64,000 nucleotides of DNA, taken from the NCBI RefSeq assembly GCF_050920415.1, contig NZ_CP169309.1; one strand, 5' to 3'. The stretch comes from Escherichia coli (GTDB lineage Bacteria; Pseudomonadota; Gammaproteobacteria; Enterobacterales; Enterobacteriaceae). Below, in pieces: positions 23,891 through 37,203 of this stretch. Below the pieces are notes generated by a model. That model did no database searches. It had not been told where the DNA came from and worked only from the letters and a program-made list of their open reading frames with translations. Positions within the stretch are counted from its first letter, which is position 1, and every line of letters starts with the position of its first letter. A program made the translations under genes and the position numbers.

Positions 23891-25951
23891 ATGAGCAAGG
23901 CAGGCAAAATAACCGCTGCGATTTCAGGGACTTTCTTGTTGTTGATTGTCGTGGCGATCATTTTGATTGCAACATTTGACTGGAATCGACTCAAACCGAC
24001 CATCAACCAGAAAGTCTCTGCGGAGTTGAATCGTCCATTCGCTATCCGTGGCGATCTGGGCGTGGTGTGGGAGCGGCAAAAACAAGAAACCGGCTGGCGC
24101 AGCTGGGTGCCGTGGCCTCATGTGCATGCAGAAGACATCATTCTTGGCAATCCGCCGGATATTCCCGAAGTAACAATGGTGCATTTGCCGCGGGTAGAAG
24201 CGACGCTGGCCCCGCTGGCGTTGCTGACCAAAACGGTCTGGCTACCGTGGATAAAACTGGAGAAGCCCGACGCGCGTCTGATTCGTCTCTCTGAAAAGAA
24301 CAATAACTGGACCTTTAATCTCGCCAATGATGACAACAAAGACATGAATGCAAAGCCGTCTGCGTGGTCGTTTCGACTGGATAATATTCTGTTCGATCAA
24401 GGGCGGATCGCTATTGATGACAAAGTAAGCAAAGCGGATCTGGAAATTTTTGTCGATCCGTTAGGCAAGCCGCTGCCGTTCAGTGAAGTTACCGGATCGA
24501 AAGGTAAAGCGGACAAAGAAAAGGTGGGCGATTACGTTTTTGGTCTGAAGGCGCAGGGACGTTATAACGGTGAACCGCTCACGGGCAAAGGTAAAATCGG
24601 CGGTATGCTGGCACTACGCGGCGAAGGTACACCGTTTCCGGTACAGGCTGATTTCCGCTCCGGGAATACTCGCGTCGCTTTTGATGGCGTCGTGAATGAC
24701 CCAATGAAGATGGGCGGTGTCGATTTACGGCTTAAATTTTCTGGCGATTCGCTGGGTGATCTCTATGAACTGACGGGTGTTCTGCTGCCCGATACCCCGC
24801 CGTTTGAAACGGATGGTCGGCTGGTAGCGAAAATCGACACTGAAAAATCGTCGGTCTTTGATTATCGCGGTTTTAATGGGCGCATTGGCGATAGCGATAT
24901 CCACGGTTCTCTGGTCTACACCACCGGCAAGCCACGACCAAAACTGGAAGGTGATGTCGAATCGCGGCAATTGCGGCTGGCAGATTTAGGGCCATTGATT
25001 GGCGTTGATTCTGGAAAAGGTGCAGAAAAGTCGAAACGGTCTGAGCAGAAGAAAGGCGAAAAAAGCATTCAGCCTGCGGGCAAAGTGCTGCCTTATGACC
25101 GCTTCGAAACCGATAAATGGGACGTCATGGATGCCGATGTCCGCTTCAAAGGTCGGCGCATTGAACATGGTAGTAGCTTGCCGATTAGCGATCTCTCTAC
25201 CCATATCATTCTCAAAAATGCTGACCTGCGCCTGCAACCGCTGAAATTTGGCATGGCGGGAGGCAGCATTGCGGCGAATATTCATCTGGAAGGCGATAAA
25301 AAGCCGATGCAAGGGCGGGCTGATATTCAGGCCCGTCGGCTGAAACTGAAAGAACTGATGCCCGATGTAGAACTGATGCAGAAGACGCTGGGGGAAATGA
25401 ACGGTGACGCGGAACTACGCGGTAGCGGTAACTCGGTGGCGGCGCTTTTAGGCAACAGTAACGGCAACCTGAAACTGTTGATGAATGACGGGCTGGTGAG
25501 CCGCAACCTGATGGAGATTGTCGGCCTGAATGTCGGCAACTACATTGTCGGTGCGATATTTGGTGATGATGAGGTGCGGGTGAACTGCGCGGCGGCGAAT
25601 CTGGATATTGCCAACGGTGTGGCGCGTCCGCAGATTTTTGCTTTTGATACTGAGAATGCGTTGATCAATGTTACCGGCACGGCAAGTTTTGCTTCGGAGC
25701 AACTGGATTTGACTATCGATCCAGAAAGTAAAGGGATTCGGATTATCACACTGCGTTCGCCGCTGTATGTGCGTGGGACATTTAAAAATCCGCAGGCTGG
25801 GGTGAAAGCCGGACCGTTGGTTGCTCGCGGAGCCGTCGCGGCGGCACTGGCAACGCTGGTAACACCGGCGGCGGCGTTACTGGCGCTGATCTCACCTTCC
25901 GAAGGGGAGGCTAATCAGTGTCGGACGATTTTGTCGCAGATGAAGAAGTGA
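23891..25951 (+). CDS. yhjG: AsmA-family protein YhjG
   Basis: 686 aa from ATG 23891 (MSKAGKITAAISGTFLLLIVVAIIL...); N-terminal TM anchor. Confidence 0.85.
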   Translation: MSKAGKITAAISGTFLLLIVVAIILIATFDWNRLKPTINQKVSAELNRPFAIRGDLGVVWERQKQETGWRSWVPWPHVHAEDIILGNPPDIPEVTMVHLPRVEATLAPLALLTKTVWLPWIKLEKPDARLIRLSEKNNNWTFNLANDDNKDMNAKPSAWSFRLDNILFDQGRIAIDDKVSKADLEIFVDPLGKPLPFSEVTGSKGKADKEKVGDYVFGLKAQGRYNGEPLTGKGKIGGMLALRGEGTPFPVQADFRSGNTRVAFDGVVNDPMKMGGVDLRLKFSGDSLGDLYELTGVLLPDTPPFETDGRLVAKIDTEKSSVFDYRGFNGRIGDSDIHGSLVYTTGKPRPKLEGDVESRQLRLADLGPLIGVDSGKGAEKSKRSEQKKGEKSIQPAGKVLPYDRFETDKWDVMDADVRFKGRRIEHGSSLPISDLSTHIILKNADLRLQPLKFGMAGGSIAANIHLEGDKKPMQGRADIQARRLKLKELMPDVELMQKTLGEMNGDAELRGSGNSVAALLGNSNGNLKLLMNDGLVSRNLMEIVGLNVGNYIVGAIFGDDEVRVNCAAANLDIANGVARPQIFAFDTENALINVTGTASFASEQLDLTIDPESKGIRIITLRSPLYVRGTFKNPQAGVKAGPLVARGAVAAALATLVTPAAALLALISPSEGEANQCRTILSQMKK

Positions 25952-25958
25952 TGGAAAC

Positions 25959-26056
25959 TGCCGGATGCGGCGTGAACGCCTTATCCGGCCTACAAATCCT
26001 TGCGAATTCAATATATTTTATGGAAATTCAGGCCTGATAAGCGTAGCGCATCAGGC
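25959..26056. repeat. REP/BIME palindromic elements
   Basis: gccggatgcggcgtgaacgccttatccggcctac and aggcctgataagcgtagcgcatcaggc between the yhjG and yhjE 3' ends. Confidence 0.75.
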
Positions 26057-26068
26057 TTTTCACTCTTA

Positions 26069-27391
26069 TTACAACGATTGATGTCGCGTCTCATGGGTCA
26101 GCAGCAGGGCGATTAAGGTCAAGCCAGCCATCGCCGCCAGATATAACCCCACCGCACCTAACCCGTAGTTAGTCTGCAACCAGGCTGCGATATATGGTGC
26201 AACGGAAGCCCCGAGAATCGACGCTACGTTGTAAGAGAACGATGCTCCGGTGTAACGCACTTCTGTCGGGAACAGCTCTGGTAACAGCGCGCCCATCGGC
26301 CCGAAGGTCAGTCCCATCAGACTTAACCCCAGCAGCAGGAAGGCAAAAACCAGAATCGGGTTGCCAGAACCGAGCAGCGGGTTAAAGGCGAACAGCGCGA
26401 ACAGGATGATCAGCGTGGTGATGATTACCATGCTTTTACGGCGACCAAAGGCATCAGCCAGTAATCCGGCGACTGGCACCATCACGCCAAAACCAATCAC
26501 TGCCATCATCAGCATCCACAACACTTCGTTACGCGGCAGGCCAAGCCCAACTGGCGCGGCGGCGGTACTAAAGGTCATTGAGTAGACCGTCATGATGTAA
26601 AACAGCGTATAGGTTGCCAGCATAATGAACGTACCCAGTACGGTTACGCGAACATGTTTGGTCAGCAGCGTACCCAGCGGGATCTTCACCTGTTTTTTCG
26701 CTTTAGCGACTTTCTCAAACACCGGCGACTCATGCAGCGACACGCGAACATACAGGCCGATAATGACCAGCACCGCCGAGAAGATAAACGGCACGCGCCA
26801 ACCCCAGCTCATAAACTGCTCGTCGGTCAGTAGCCAGGAAAGCAGTAAGAAAGTGCCGTTGGCAAAGAAGAAGCCAATCGGTGCGCCCAGCTGCGGGAAG
26901 GAGCCGTACAGCGCGCGTTTACGCGGTGGGGCGTTTTCTGTCGCCAGTAGCGCCGCACCGCCCCATTCGCCGCCTAAACCCAGACCCTGACCAAATCGAG
27001 CCAGCGCCAGCAACAGCGGGGCGAAAATACCAATCGTGGCGTAACCCGGCAGCAGACCAATCACCACGGTCGAAATCCCCATCGTTAGCAACGAGGCGAC
27101 CAGCGTCGCTTTACGCCCAACGCGATCGCCAAAATGACCAAAGACGGCAGAGCCAATAGGGCGCGCGACGAAGGCGATGGCGAAGGTGGCAAGCGACTGT
27201 AGCGTTGCTGCCGTAGGATCGCCCTGCGGGAAGAAGATATGCGGAAACACAATAACGGCCGCAGTGGCGTAAATATAAAAGTCGAAGAACTCAATGGCCG
27301 TGCCAATGAGAGAGGCGACAAGGACTTTATTACGCGAGTTGATCGGCGTGTATTCTTGCTCGTGGTCGAGTGTTGTGGCTGTTGCTTGCAT
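26069..27391 (-). CDS. yhjE: MFS transporter YhjE (metabolite:H+ symporter family)
   Basis: 440 aa with 12-TM-like hydropathy. Confidence 0.88.
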   Translation of the reverse strand: MQATATTLDHEQEYTPINSRNKVLVASLIGTAIEFFDFYIYATAAVIVFPHIFFPQGDPTAATLQSLATFAIAFVARPIGSAVFGHFGDRVGRKATLVASLLTMGISTVVIGLLPGYATIGIFAPLLLALARFGQGLGLGGEWGGAALLATENAPPRKRALYGSFPQLGAPIGFFFANGTFLLLSWLLTDEQFMSWGWRVPFIFSAVLVIIGLYVRVSLHESPVFEKVAKAKKQVKIPLGTLLTKHVRVTVLGTFIMLATYTLFYIMTVYSMTFSTAAAPVGLGLPRNEVLWMLMMAVIGFGVMVPVAGLLADAFGRRKSMVIITTLIILFALFAFNPLLGSGNPILVFAFLLLGLSLMGLTFGPMGALLPELFPTEVRYTGASFSYNVASILGASVAPYIAAWLQTNYGLGAVGLYLAAMAGLTLIALLLTHETRHQSL

Positions 27392-27701
27392 AATCTTTTC
27401 TTATTTTTTGGCTAACGAATAGCCATATTACGCACAGCAAAAGTGATATTTCAATGTGTAACAAATCGCGGAGTTGGTCGAAAATCAGCCAAAAAGGGAA
27501 TAATGTTTAAGCTGGTGATTTTTCTTCTATGAAATGCTTCACATAATTTCATAAATGGTGGATAAAACTGGTTTTAGGTTAAATAAAAGTTACCAACTGG
27601 ATTTATATGCTGGAGTAATGAGTTGGAATGAAATTGTTTGCTCCTAAGAGATGACAGAAAAGGCTCTGGGGAAGAGTTTAAGTGGTTATGTGCGCATGAT
27701 A

Positions 27702-27793
27702 GCCGGATGCGATGCTGGCGCATTTTATCCGGCCTACGGGGAGCCAGGCCGAATAAATTCGTAGGCCGGATAAGGCGTTACGCTGCATCCGGC
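27702..27793. repeat. REP/BIME palindromic elements
   Basis: gccggatgcgatgctggcgcattttatccggcctac and gtaggccggataaggcgttacgctgcatccggc, just downstream of yhjD. Confidence 0.75.
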
Positions 27794-27798
27794 ATATT

Positions 27799-28812
27799 TT
27801 AAGACTGCGTTTTCCCCGGCATTCTCGGGTCGTCTTTGTATTCGGCGGTGGCAATCCACGCCGCGCAAAACAGCGTCAGACGAGCGAAGAAGTAGAAAAA
27901 CGCCATCAGTCCCAGCACGGAGCCAAATGCTGCGCCAGACGGAGATTTCATCAGCGATGGCAGTGTGTAGGTCATCACGATTTTAATCACTTCAAAACCT
28001 ATAGCAGCAAGAAATGTTCCGCGAATTAGCGCTTTTTTGCGCGGACGGTGGCGCGGCAATCGCCAAAAGATCCAGAAGAAAAGCAGATAGTTGGCGAAGA
28101 TGGAAATCGCAAGACCAATCAACCGCCACGTTGGTTTCAGCCACTCAATGCTGTTCAGGTGCAGGGCGCTAATAATCATTTGCTGCGCCGAACCGGCAAC
28201 CGAGGTGATCGAAAGCGTCACAATGAGCGCAATCAACAAACCAATCAGCGAAATAAAATCACGCAGATATTTAACCCAAAATTTTTCCTGATCCTGTGGC
28301 GAACGTTCCCAGACATCGCGCGATTGAGCGCGAATCGCTTCACGCAGGTTACCCATCCAGTTGATGCCGGAATAAAGCGCCACCGCCAGGCCGACAAGCC
28401 CTACCGTCGTACGCTGTTGAACGGCGGTATTGATGGTGTTTTTCAATGTAGCTGCCAGCGTCGGATCGCTAATATTTTGCAGAATTTTGTCGAAGATATC
28501 CTGCAGCAGCATCGGATGGGAGGCCAGAACGAAACCAGCGGCGGCAAACGACACCATCAAAATCGGAATCATCGACAAAAATGAGAAATAGGTGATAGCC
28601 GCACCAAACTGATTACCCAGCCGATCGTTAAAGCGTTCAGTCGCGCGAATCAGGTGCGCAATAATCGGTTGGCGTTGGACTTTTTCGGCAGTAGTGGTGA
28701 CGGTTTCCAGCGCCTGGCTAACTTTGCCGCCTTTCTCGCTATTATCCAACTGCTTAATCGGCTCGTGCTCCAGATCCTGGGTGGGACGTTTGATCTCGTT
28801 TTCCTGCGTCAT
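27799..28812 (-). CDS. yhjD: Inner-membrane protein YhjD (YihY/BrkB family)
   Basis: 337 aa, multi-TM. Confidence 0.88.
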   Translation of the reverse strand: MTQENEIKRPTQDLEHEPIKQLDNSEKGGKVSQALETVTTTAEKVQRQPIIAHLIRATERFNDRLGNQFGAAITYFSFLSMIPILMVSFAAAGFVLASHPMLLQDIFDKILQNISDPTLAATLKNTINTAVQQRTTVGLVGLAVALYSGINWMGNLREAIRAQSRDVWERSPQDQEKFWVKYLRDFISLIGLLIALIVTLSITSVAGSAQQMIISALHLNSIEWLKPTWRLIGLAISIFANYLLFFWIFWRLPRHRPRKKALIRGTFLAAIGFEVIKIVMTYTLPSLMKSPSGAAFGSVLGLMAFFYFFARLTLFCAAWIATAEYKDDPRMPGKTQS

Positions 28813-28860
28813 CCGCTCTTTTGTCCTTCTGTCGTGGTCATTCTTAAAAAGTATAGTCGG

Positions 28861-29760
28861 TCAGTCCAGGTACTCTTTCATTACGCCAGCCAGCCACTGC
28901 ATAAACAGGTTTACACGCCGGGAAAGCTCCCGACGCTGCGGATAAACCAGCGAAAGGGAGAGCGGCTCGGCACGGTAGCCAGGTAATACTTCAATAAGCC
29001 GCCCGGCACGCAGGGCTTCGCGCACGGCAATGCGCGGGATCTGAATAATCCCCAGACCGGCAAAACCGGCGGCGAGATAGTTTTCGCTACTGTTTACCGT
29101 CAACATGCCGCCAGACTTAAACCACTGGACGCCATTAACGCTGGCAACCTCAAAACCTAACGGATGTACACTCAGGTGGGGTGTGTAACGCACTATTGCG
29201 TGTGAAGTCAGATCGTCGGGGCTTTGTGGATAACCAAAGCGTGTCAGATAGTGTGGACTGGCACAGTTGACCATGGTTAGTTTGCCGAGGGGACAGGCGA
29301 TAACACCATCTTCCGATAACGCGCCAGTGCGTATCACGCAATCAAAACCATCATGAAGAATATCTACCGGACGGTTATGGCTACTCAGTTCCAGCTCAAT
29401 TCCCGGATGCTGATAGAGAAATTCCGACAGGCGCGGCAGTAACAGGCTTTTCGCGATTCCTGGTGGGATGTCGATGCGTAATTTACCGCTGATACTGGTG
29501 GCATCCTGTTGAAACAGACCGTCCAGTTCGTTGAGATTACTCAACACATCTTTTGCCCGTTGATAATAGGTCATGCCTTCTGGCGTGAGTTTGACCCGTC
29601 GCGTGGTGCGCTGGAGAAGCTGGGTGCCAAGTTGATGTTCCAGTGCCTGTATCTGGCGCGAAACACTTCCTTTTGGCAAAGCAAAGAAATCCGCTGCGCG
29701 GGAAAAACTTTCCAGCTCCGCGACTTTGATGAACAACTGCATTGCGTGAATTTTATCCAT
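28861..29760 (-). CDS. yhjC: LysR-family transcriptional regulator YhjC
   Basis: 299 aa from the minus-strand ATG at 29760 (MDKIHAMQLFIKVAELESFSRAA... HTH); the listed ORF extends 24 codons upstream. Confidence 0.85.
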   Translation of the reverse strand: MDKIHAMQLFIKVAELESFSRAADFFALPKGSVSRQIQALEHQLGTQLLQRTTRRVKLTPEGMTYYQRAKDVLSNLNELDGLFQQDATSISGKLRIDIPPGIAKSLLLPRLSEFLYQHPGIELELSSHNRPVDILHDGFDCVIRTGALSEDGVIACPLGKLTMVNCASPHYLTRFGYPQSPDDLTSHAIVRYTPHLSVHPLGFEVASVNGVQWFKSGGMLTVNSSENYLAAGFAGLGIIQIPRIAVREALRAGRLIEVLPGYRAEPLSLSLVYPQRRELSRRVNLFMQWLAGVMKEYLD

Positions 29761-30279
29761 TTCTTTGACCGATTGTTGTTCACATCGAAACAGTAACGCG
29801 CATATCGCATTGTTTATTGTTTTTTCTAACATCTAATGCCGGGTTTCACAATGTTGTCATGACGAATGTGGCGATTTCTCAGTAGGAAAAGGGGAGAATA
29901 GCTTTATGAGAAAGGTGAATCCCCTTAAACAGAGCGTATTTTTCAGCGATTCCCTTTAAAGTGAATAGAGGACGTATTGGCTATTTGTGCTTATTTTTGT
30001 CTCATTGCCGTTTGTTATTTTGGCTTGTGGTCGCGGAATTTCATTTTTAATTGCATGCGTACTAGCCATCAATATAAGGAAATCCTCAAAATTGTTTTAA
30101 ATAGTGCCCTCGACATGTAATTTCAGGCGTTTAGCTGTAACTATTTATATCGGTAACTATTTTCTACGCGTCATCTCTGTAGAATGGCCACCGCCAAATG
30201 GCGAATTCTTATTTTTTCTCGCGGGTAATACCCTTCCACTACTTAAGTCTTTTTAACGTATTCAGGTGGAGATTCAGTT

Positions 30280-30882
30280 ATGCAAATAGTCATGTTTGAC
30301 AGGCAGTCAATATTTATTCATGGAATGAAAATCAGTTTACAGCATCGTATTCCAGGAGTGAGTATTCAGGGGGCCAGTCAGGCAGACGAGTTATGGCAAA
30401 AGCTGGAAAGTTACCCTGAAGCCTTAGTGATGCTCGATGGCGATCAGGATGGTGAGTTTTGCTACTGGTTGCTGCAAAAAACCGTGGTGCAATTTCCTGA
30501 GGTTAAGGTGTTAATTACGGCGACGGATTGCAACAAACGGTGGTTACAGGAAGTTATTCATTTTAATGTGCTGGCCATTGTGCCTCGTGATTCAACCGTC
30601 GAGACATTTGCGTTGGCGGTCAATAGTGCGGCGATGGGGATGATGTTTCTGCCTGGAGACTGGCGAACGACGCCGGAAAAGGACATTAAAGATCTCAAAT
30701 CGTTAAGCGCCCGCCAGCGGGAGATTTTAACCATGTTAGCGGCGGGCGAATCAAATAAAGAGATCGGCAGGGCGCTGAATATCAGTACCGGAACGGTGAA
30801 AGCGCATCTGGAATCACTGTATCGCCGTCTGGAAGTCAAAAATCGCACCCAGGCGGCAATGATGTTAAATATCTCCTCCTGA
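30280..30882 (+). CDS. yhjB: LuxR/FixJ-type regulator YhjB
   Basis: 200 aa; C-terminal LuxR HTH (LSARQREILTMLAAGESNKEIGRALNISTGTVKAHL). Confidence 0.88.
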   Translation: MQIVMFDRQSIFIHGMKISLQHRIPGVSIQGASQADELWQKLESYPEALVMLDGDQDGEFCYWLLQKTVVQFPEVKVLITATDCNKRWLQEVIHFNVLAIVPRDSTVETFALAVNSAAMGMMFLPGDWRTTPEKDIKDLKSLSARQREILTMLAAGESNKEIGRALNISTGTVKAHLESLYRRLEVKNRTQAAMMLNISS

Positions 30883-30932
30883 AGAGGATAATTTTACAGC
30901 CAGCAGGAAGTTAGCGGCTGGCTGTAAAAATA

Positions 30933-32612
<1,680 letters not shown>

Positions 32613-32986
32613 TTATCGGGCTTTTCTTTAAGGGTAGTCATTCGCTCCGCCTGGTGGGCGACAAAGCGTGCGGTGGATCACGTTTATTAACTTGTCAAAA
32701 AATATAACGCACTAATATCAATAGAATTTATAAAAATACGGATTCCTTGTTGTTTTTCATTTTCAGAACATTCAATCCTGCTCTCGCCGCAATCATGATA
32801 TGCCATTCCTGCTCTGTATAATAGGCGCAGGCTATCTTATTGATAGTTTATATTCATGTAATTGATTGATTCCTATCAAAAAGCGTATTTCCCTGTTTTT
32901 TATGATGGCTTTGTCTCGCAGAGACGTTTGCAGCATTCTGGAAAATTTTCTGGGTCACAATAACTCACCACCGTGAGGGAAGAATA

Positions 32987-34384
32987 ATGAAAATGGTCTC
33001 ACGTATTACCGCGATCGGCCTGGCTGGCGTCGCGATTTGCTATTTAGGGTTATCTGGTTATGTGTGGTACCACGATAATAAACGCAGTAAACAGGCCGAT
33101 GTTCAGGCATCTGCTGTCAGTGAAAATAATCAGGTTTTAGGTTTTCTTCGCGAAAAAGGATGCGACTATTGTCATACGCCTTCGGCAGAATTACCCGCCT
33201 ATTATTATATTCCTGGCGCGAAACAGTTGATGGATTACGACATTAAGCTTGGATATAAATCTTTTAACCTCGAGGCCGTGCGTGCGGCTCTGTTGGCAGA
33301 TAAACCCGTTTCGCAAAGCGATCTGAATAAGATTGAATGGGTGATGCAGTATGAAACTATGCCGCCAACGCGTTACACCGCGCTACACTGGGCGGGTAAG
33401 GTGAGTGATGAAGAGCGGGCGGAAATACTTGCCTGGATTGCAAAACAGCGCGCGGAATATTACGCCAGTAATGATACTGCTCCGGAGCATCGCAATGAAC
33501 CGGTGCAGCCTATTCCGCAAAAACTACCTACCGATGCGCAAAAAGTGGCGTTGGGTTTTGCGCTGTATCATGATCCCCGTTTATCGGCTGATAGCACCAT
33601 TTCATGTGCACATTGCCATGCGTTAAATGCGGGTGGCGTTGATGGCAGAAAAACGTCGATTGGTGTTGGTGGTGCCGTTGGACCGATTAACGCACCGACG
33701 GTATTTAACTCAGTATTTAACGTTGAGCAGTTCTGGGATGGTCGTGCGGCAACATTGCAGGATCAGGCGGGTGGACCGCCGTTGAACCCGATTGAAATGG
33801 CGTCGAAATCCTGGGACGAAATTATTGCTAAGCTGGAAAAAGATCCGCAGCTTAAAGCGCAGTTCCTCGAAGTCTATCCGCAAGGTTTCAGTGGCGAAAA
33901 TATTACTGATGCTATTGCTGAATTTGAGAAAACATTAATTACGCCGGATTCCCCATTTGATAAATGGTTGCGTGGAGATGAGAATGCGCTGACGGTGCAA
34001 CAGAAAAAAGGCTATCAATTATTTAAAGATAATAAATGTGCAACTTGTCATGGTGGTATTATTCTCGGCGGACGTTCTTTCGAGCCGTTGGGGCTGAAAA
34101 AAGACTTTAACTTTGGGGAAATTACGGCGGCGGATATTGGTCGTATGAATGTTACTAAAGAAGAGCGTGATAAATTGCGTCAGAAAGTACCCGGTTTACG
34201 TAACGTTGCTTTAACGGCACCGTACTTCCATCGCGGTGACGTGCCGACGCTGGACGGGGCGGTAAAACTGATGCTGCGCTATCAGGTAGGCAAAGAGCTG
34301 CCGCAGGAGGATGTGGATGATATCGTAGCTTTCCTGCACAGTCTGAACGGGGTATACACGCCGTATATGCGGGATAAACAATAA
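32987..34384 (+). CDS. ccp: Cytochrome c peroxidase Ccp (YhjA)
   Basis: 465 aa; several CxxCH haem-binding motifs (CDYCH, CAHCH, CATCH). Confidence 0.9.
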   Translation: MKMVSRITAIGLAGVAICYLGLSGYVWYHDNKRSKQADVQASAVSENNQVLGFLREKGCDYCHTPSAELPAYYYIPGAKQLMDYDIKLGYKSFNLEAVRAALLADKPVSQSDLNKIEWVMQYETMPPTRYTALHWAGKVSDEERAEILAWIAKQRAEYYASNDTAPEHRNEPVQPIPQKLPTDAQKVALGFALYHDPRLSADSTISCAHCHALNAGGVDGRKTSIGVGGAVGPINAPTVFNSVFNVEQFWDGRAATLQDQAGGPPLNPIEMASKSWDEIIAKLEKDPQLKAQFLEVYPQGFSGENITDAIAEFEKTLITPDSPFDKWLRGDENALTVQQKKGYQLFKDNKCATCHGGIILGGRSFEPLGLKKDFNFGEITAADIGRMNVTKEERDKLRQKVPGLRNVALTAPYFHRGDVPTLDGAVKLMLRYQVGKELPQEDVDDIVAFLHSLNGVYTPYMRDKQ

Positions 34385-34495
34385 TTAATTTGATCGCCCG
34401 AACAGGAATGTTTGGGCGATTTTTATTACGACAATAAAGTCTGTTTTTAATATTATCATGTTAAATGTTTATATTATAAAAAGTCGTTTTTCTGC

Positions 34496-34515
34496 TTAGG
34501 ATTTTGTTATTTAAA
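34496..34515 (+). promoter_or_regulatory. GAD box (GadE/RcsB binding site) upstream of gadA
   Basis: ttaggattttgttatttaaa, about 80 bp upstream of the gadA ATG; matches the 20-bp gad box consensus as I recall it. Confidence 0.7.
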
Positions 34516-34594
34516 TTAAGCCTGTAATGCCTTGCTTCCATTGCGGATAAATCCTACTTTTTTATTGCCTTCAAATAAATTTAAGGAGTTCGAA

Positions 34595-35995
34595 ATGGAC
34601 CAGAAGCTGTTAACGGATTTCCGCTCAGAACTACTCGATTCACGTTTTGGCGCAAAGGCCATTTCTACTATCGCGGAGTCAAAACGATTTCCGCTGCACG
34701 AAATGCGCGATGATGTCGCATTCCAGATTATCAATGACGAATTATATCTTGATGGCAACGCTCGTCAGAACCTGGCCACTTTCTGCCAGACCTGGGACGA
34801 CGAAAACGTCCATAAATTGATGGATTTGTCGATCAACAAAAACTGGATCGACAAAGAAGAATATCCGCAATCTGCAGCTATCGACCTGCGTTGCGTAAAT
34901 ATGGTTGCTGACTTGTGGCATGCGCCTGCGCCGAAAAATGGTCAGGCCGTTGGCACCAACACCATTGGCTCTTCCGAGGCCTGTATGCTCGGCGGGATGG
35001 CGATGAAATGGCGTTGGCGCAAGCGTATGGAAGCCGCAGGCAAGCCAACGGATAAACCTAATCTGGTGTGCGGCCCGGTACAAATCTGCTGGCATAAATT
35101 CGCCCGTTACTGGGATGTGGAGCTGCGTGAAATCCCTATGCGTCCCGGTCAGTTGTTTATGGATCCGAAACGCATGATTGAAGCCTGCGACGAAAACACC
35201 ATCGGCGTGGTGCCGACTTTCGGTGTGACCTACACCGGTAACTATGAATTCCCGCAACCGCTGCACGATGCACTGGATAAATTCCAGGCCGACACCGGTA
35301 TCGACATCGACATGCACATCGACGCCGCCAGCGGTGGCTTCCTGGCACCGTTCGTCGCCCCGGATATCGTCTGGGACTTCCGCCTGCCTCGTGTGAAATC
35401 GATCAGTGCTTCAGGCCATAAATTCGGTCTGGCTCCGCTGGGCTGCGGCTGGGTTATCTGGCGTGATGAAGAAGCGCTGCCGCAGGAACTGGTGTTCAAC
35501 GTTGACTACCTCGGTGGTCAGATTGGGACTTTCGCCATCAACTTCTCCCGTCCGGCGGGCCAGGTGATTGCACAATACTATGAGTTTCTGCGCCTCGGTC
35601 GTGAAGGCTATACCAAAGTACAGAACGCTTCCTACCAGGTTGCCGCTTATCTGGCGGATGAAATCGCCAAACTGGGGCCGTATGAGTTCATCTGTACCGG
35701 TCGCCCGGACGAAGGCATCCCGGCGGTTTGCTTCAAACTGAAAGATGGTGAAGACCCGGGATACACCCTCTACGACCTCTCTGAACGTCTGCGCCTGCGC
35801 GGCTGGCAGGTTCCGGCCTTCACCCTCGGCGGTGAAGCGACCGATATCGTGGTGATGCGCATTATGTGCCGTCGCGGCTTCGAAATGGACTTTGCTGAAC
35901 TGTTACTGGAAGACTACAAAGCCTCCCTGAAATACCTCAGCGATCACCCGAAACTGCAGGGTATAGCCCAGCAGAACAGCTTTAAACATACCTAA
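34595..35995 (+). CDS. gadA: Glutamate decarboxylase alpha GadA
   Basis: 466 aa from ATG 34595 ([24 protein letters not shown]...); AAGGAG SD at 34583-34588; adjacent to gadX, hence gadA rather than gadB. Confidence 0.93.
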   Translation: MDQKLLTDFRSELLDSRFGAKAISTIAESKRFPLHEMRDDVAFQIINDELYLDGNARQNLATFCQTWDDENVHKLMDLSINKNWIDKEEYPQSAAIDLRCVNMVADLWHAPAPKNGQAVGTNTIGSSEACMLGGMAMKWRWRKRMEAAGKPTDKPNLVCGPVQICWHKFARYWDVELREIPMRPGQLFMDPKRMIEACDENTIGVVPTFGVTYTGNYEFPQPLHDALDKFQADTGIDIDMHIDAASGGFLAPFVAPDIVWDFRLPRVKSISASGHKFGLAPLGCGWVIWRDEEALPQELVFNVDYLGGQIGTFAINFSRPAGQVIAQYYEFLRLGREGYTKVQNASYQVAAYLADEIAKLGPYEFICTGRPDEGIPAVCFKLKDGEDPGYTLYDLSERLRLRGWQVPAFTLGGEATDIVVMRIMCRRGFEMDFAELLLEDYKASLKYLSDHPKLQGIAQQNSFKHT

Positions 35996-36363
35996 TAACA
36001 TAATGTTGTAAAAACCGAATGCCCCGACCTTCAAAAACAGGTGGGGCATTCGGTTACTTATTAATGCAATAATATATTGGCTGTTTATTCATCGTGTTGA
36101 TAAGATATATGTTATATGAATGTTATTAAGGGTGGCGAGACCGTTTAATATCACAATAAGGGATTATTTGCTTACTAATAATTCCTCTGCGTTTTAAACG
36201 TCTTTTTTTGTATTATAAATCCAGTTATCCAGCCCGACTATCATCACACATCATCATCCTGTTTTCCCGCTTCGTTTAAATTTATTTATCAATCAATTTG
36301 ACTTAAGAGGGCGGCGTGCTACATTAATAAACAGTAATATGTTTATGTAATATTAAGCCGACT

Positions 36364-37188
36364 ATGCAATCACTACATGGTAATTGTCTAATTGCGTACG
36401 CAAGACATAAATATATTCTCACCATGGTTAATGGTGAATATCGCTATTTTAATGGCGGTGAACTGGTTTTTGCGGATGCAAGTCAAATTCAAGTGGATAA
36501 GTGTGTCGAGAATTTTGTATTAGTTTCAAGGGACACGCTTTCATTATTTCTCCCGATGCTCAAGGAGGAGGCATTAAATCTTCATGCACATAAAAAAGTT
36601 CCTTCGTTACTCGTTCATCACTGTACCAGAGATATTCCTGTTTTTCAGGAGGTTGCGCAACTATCGCAGAATAAGAATCTGCGCTATGCAGAAATGCTCC
36701 GTAAAAGAGCATTAATCTTTGCGTTGTTATCTGTTTTCCTGGAGGACGAGCAGTTTATACCGCTGCTTCTGAACGTTTTGCAACCGAACATGCGAACACG
36801 AGTTTGTACGGTCATCAATAATAATATCGCCCATGAGTGGACATTAGCCCAAATCGCCAGCGAGCTGTTGATGAGTTCAAGCCTGTTAAAGAAAAAATTG
36901 CGCGAAGAAGGTACGTCATATTCACAGTTGCTTACTGAGTGTAGAATGCAACGTGCTTTGCAACTTATTGTTATACATGGTTTTTCAATTAAGCGAGTTG
37001 CAGTGTCCTGTGGTTATCACAGCGTGTCGTATTTCATTTACGTTTTTCGAAATTATTATGGGATGACGCCCACAGAGTATCAGGAGCGATCAGCACAAGA
37101 ATTGCCGAACCGTGACTCGGTGGCAAGTATTGTTGCGCAAGGGAATTTTTACGGTACTAACTATTCTGCGGAAGAAATAAGATTATAG
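36364..37188 (+). CDS. gadX: AraC-family acid-resistance regulator GadX
   Basis: 274 aa with C-terminal AraC HTH. Confidence 0.92.
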   Translation: MQSLHGNCLIAYARHKYILTMVNGEYRYFNGGELVFADASQIQVDKCVENFVLVSRDTLSLFLPMLKEEALNLHAHKKVPSLLVHHCTRDIPVFQEVAQLSQNKNLRYAEMLRKRALIFALLSVFLEDEQFIPLLLNVLQPNMRTRVCTVINNNIAHEWTLAQIASELLMSSSLLKKKLREEGTSYSQLLTECRMQRALQLIVIHGFSIKRVAVSCGYHSVSYFIYVFRNYYGMTPTEYQERSAQELPNRDSVASIVAQGNFYGTNYSAEEIRL

Positions 37189-37203
37189 TTTTTACCCAGA
37201 CAT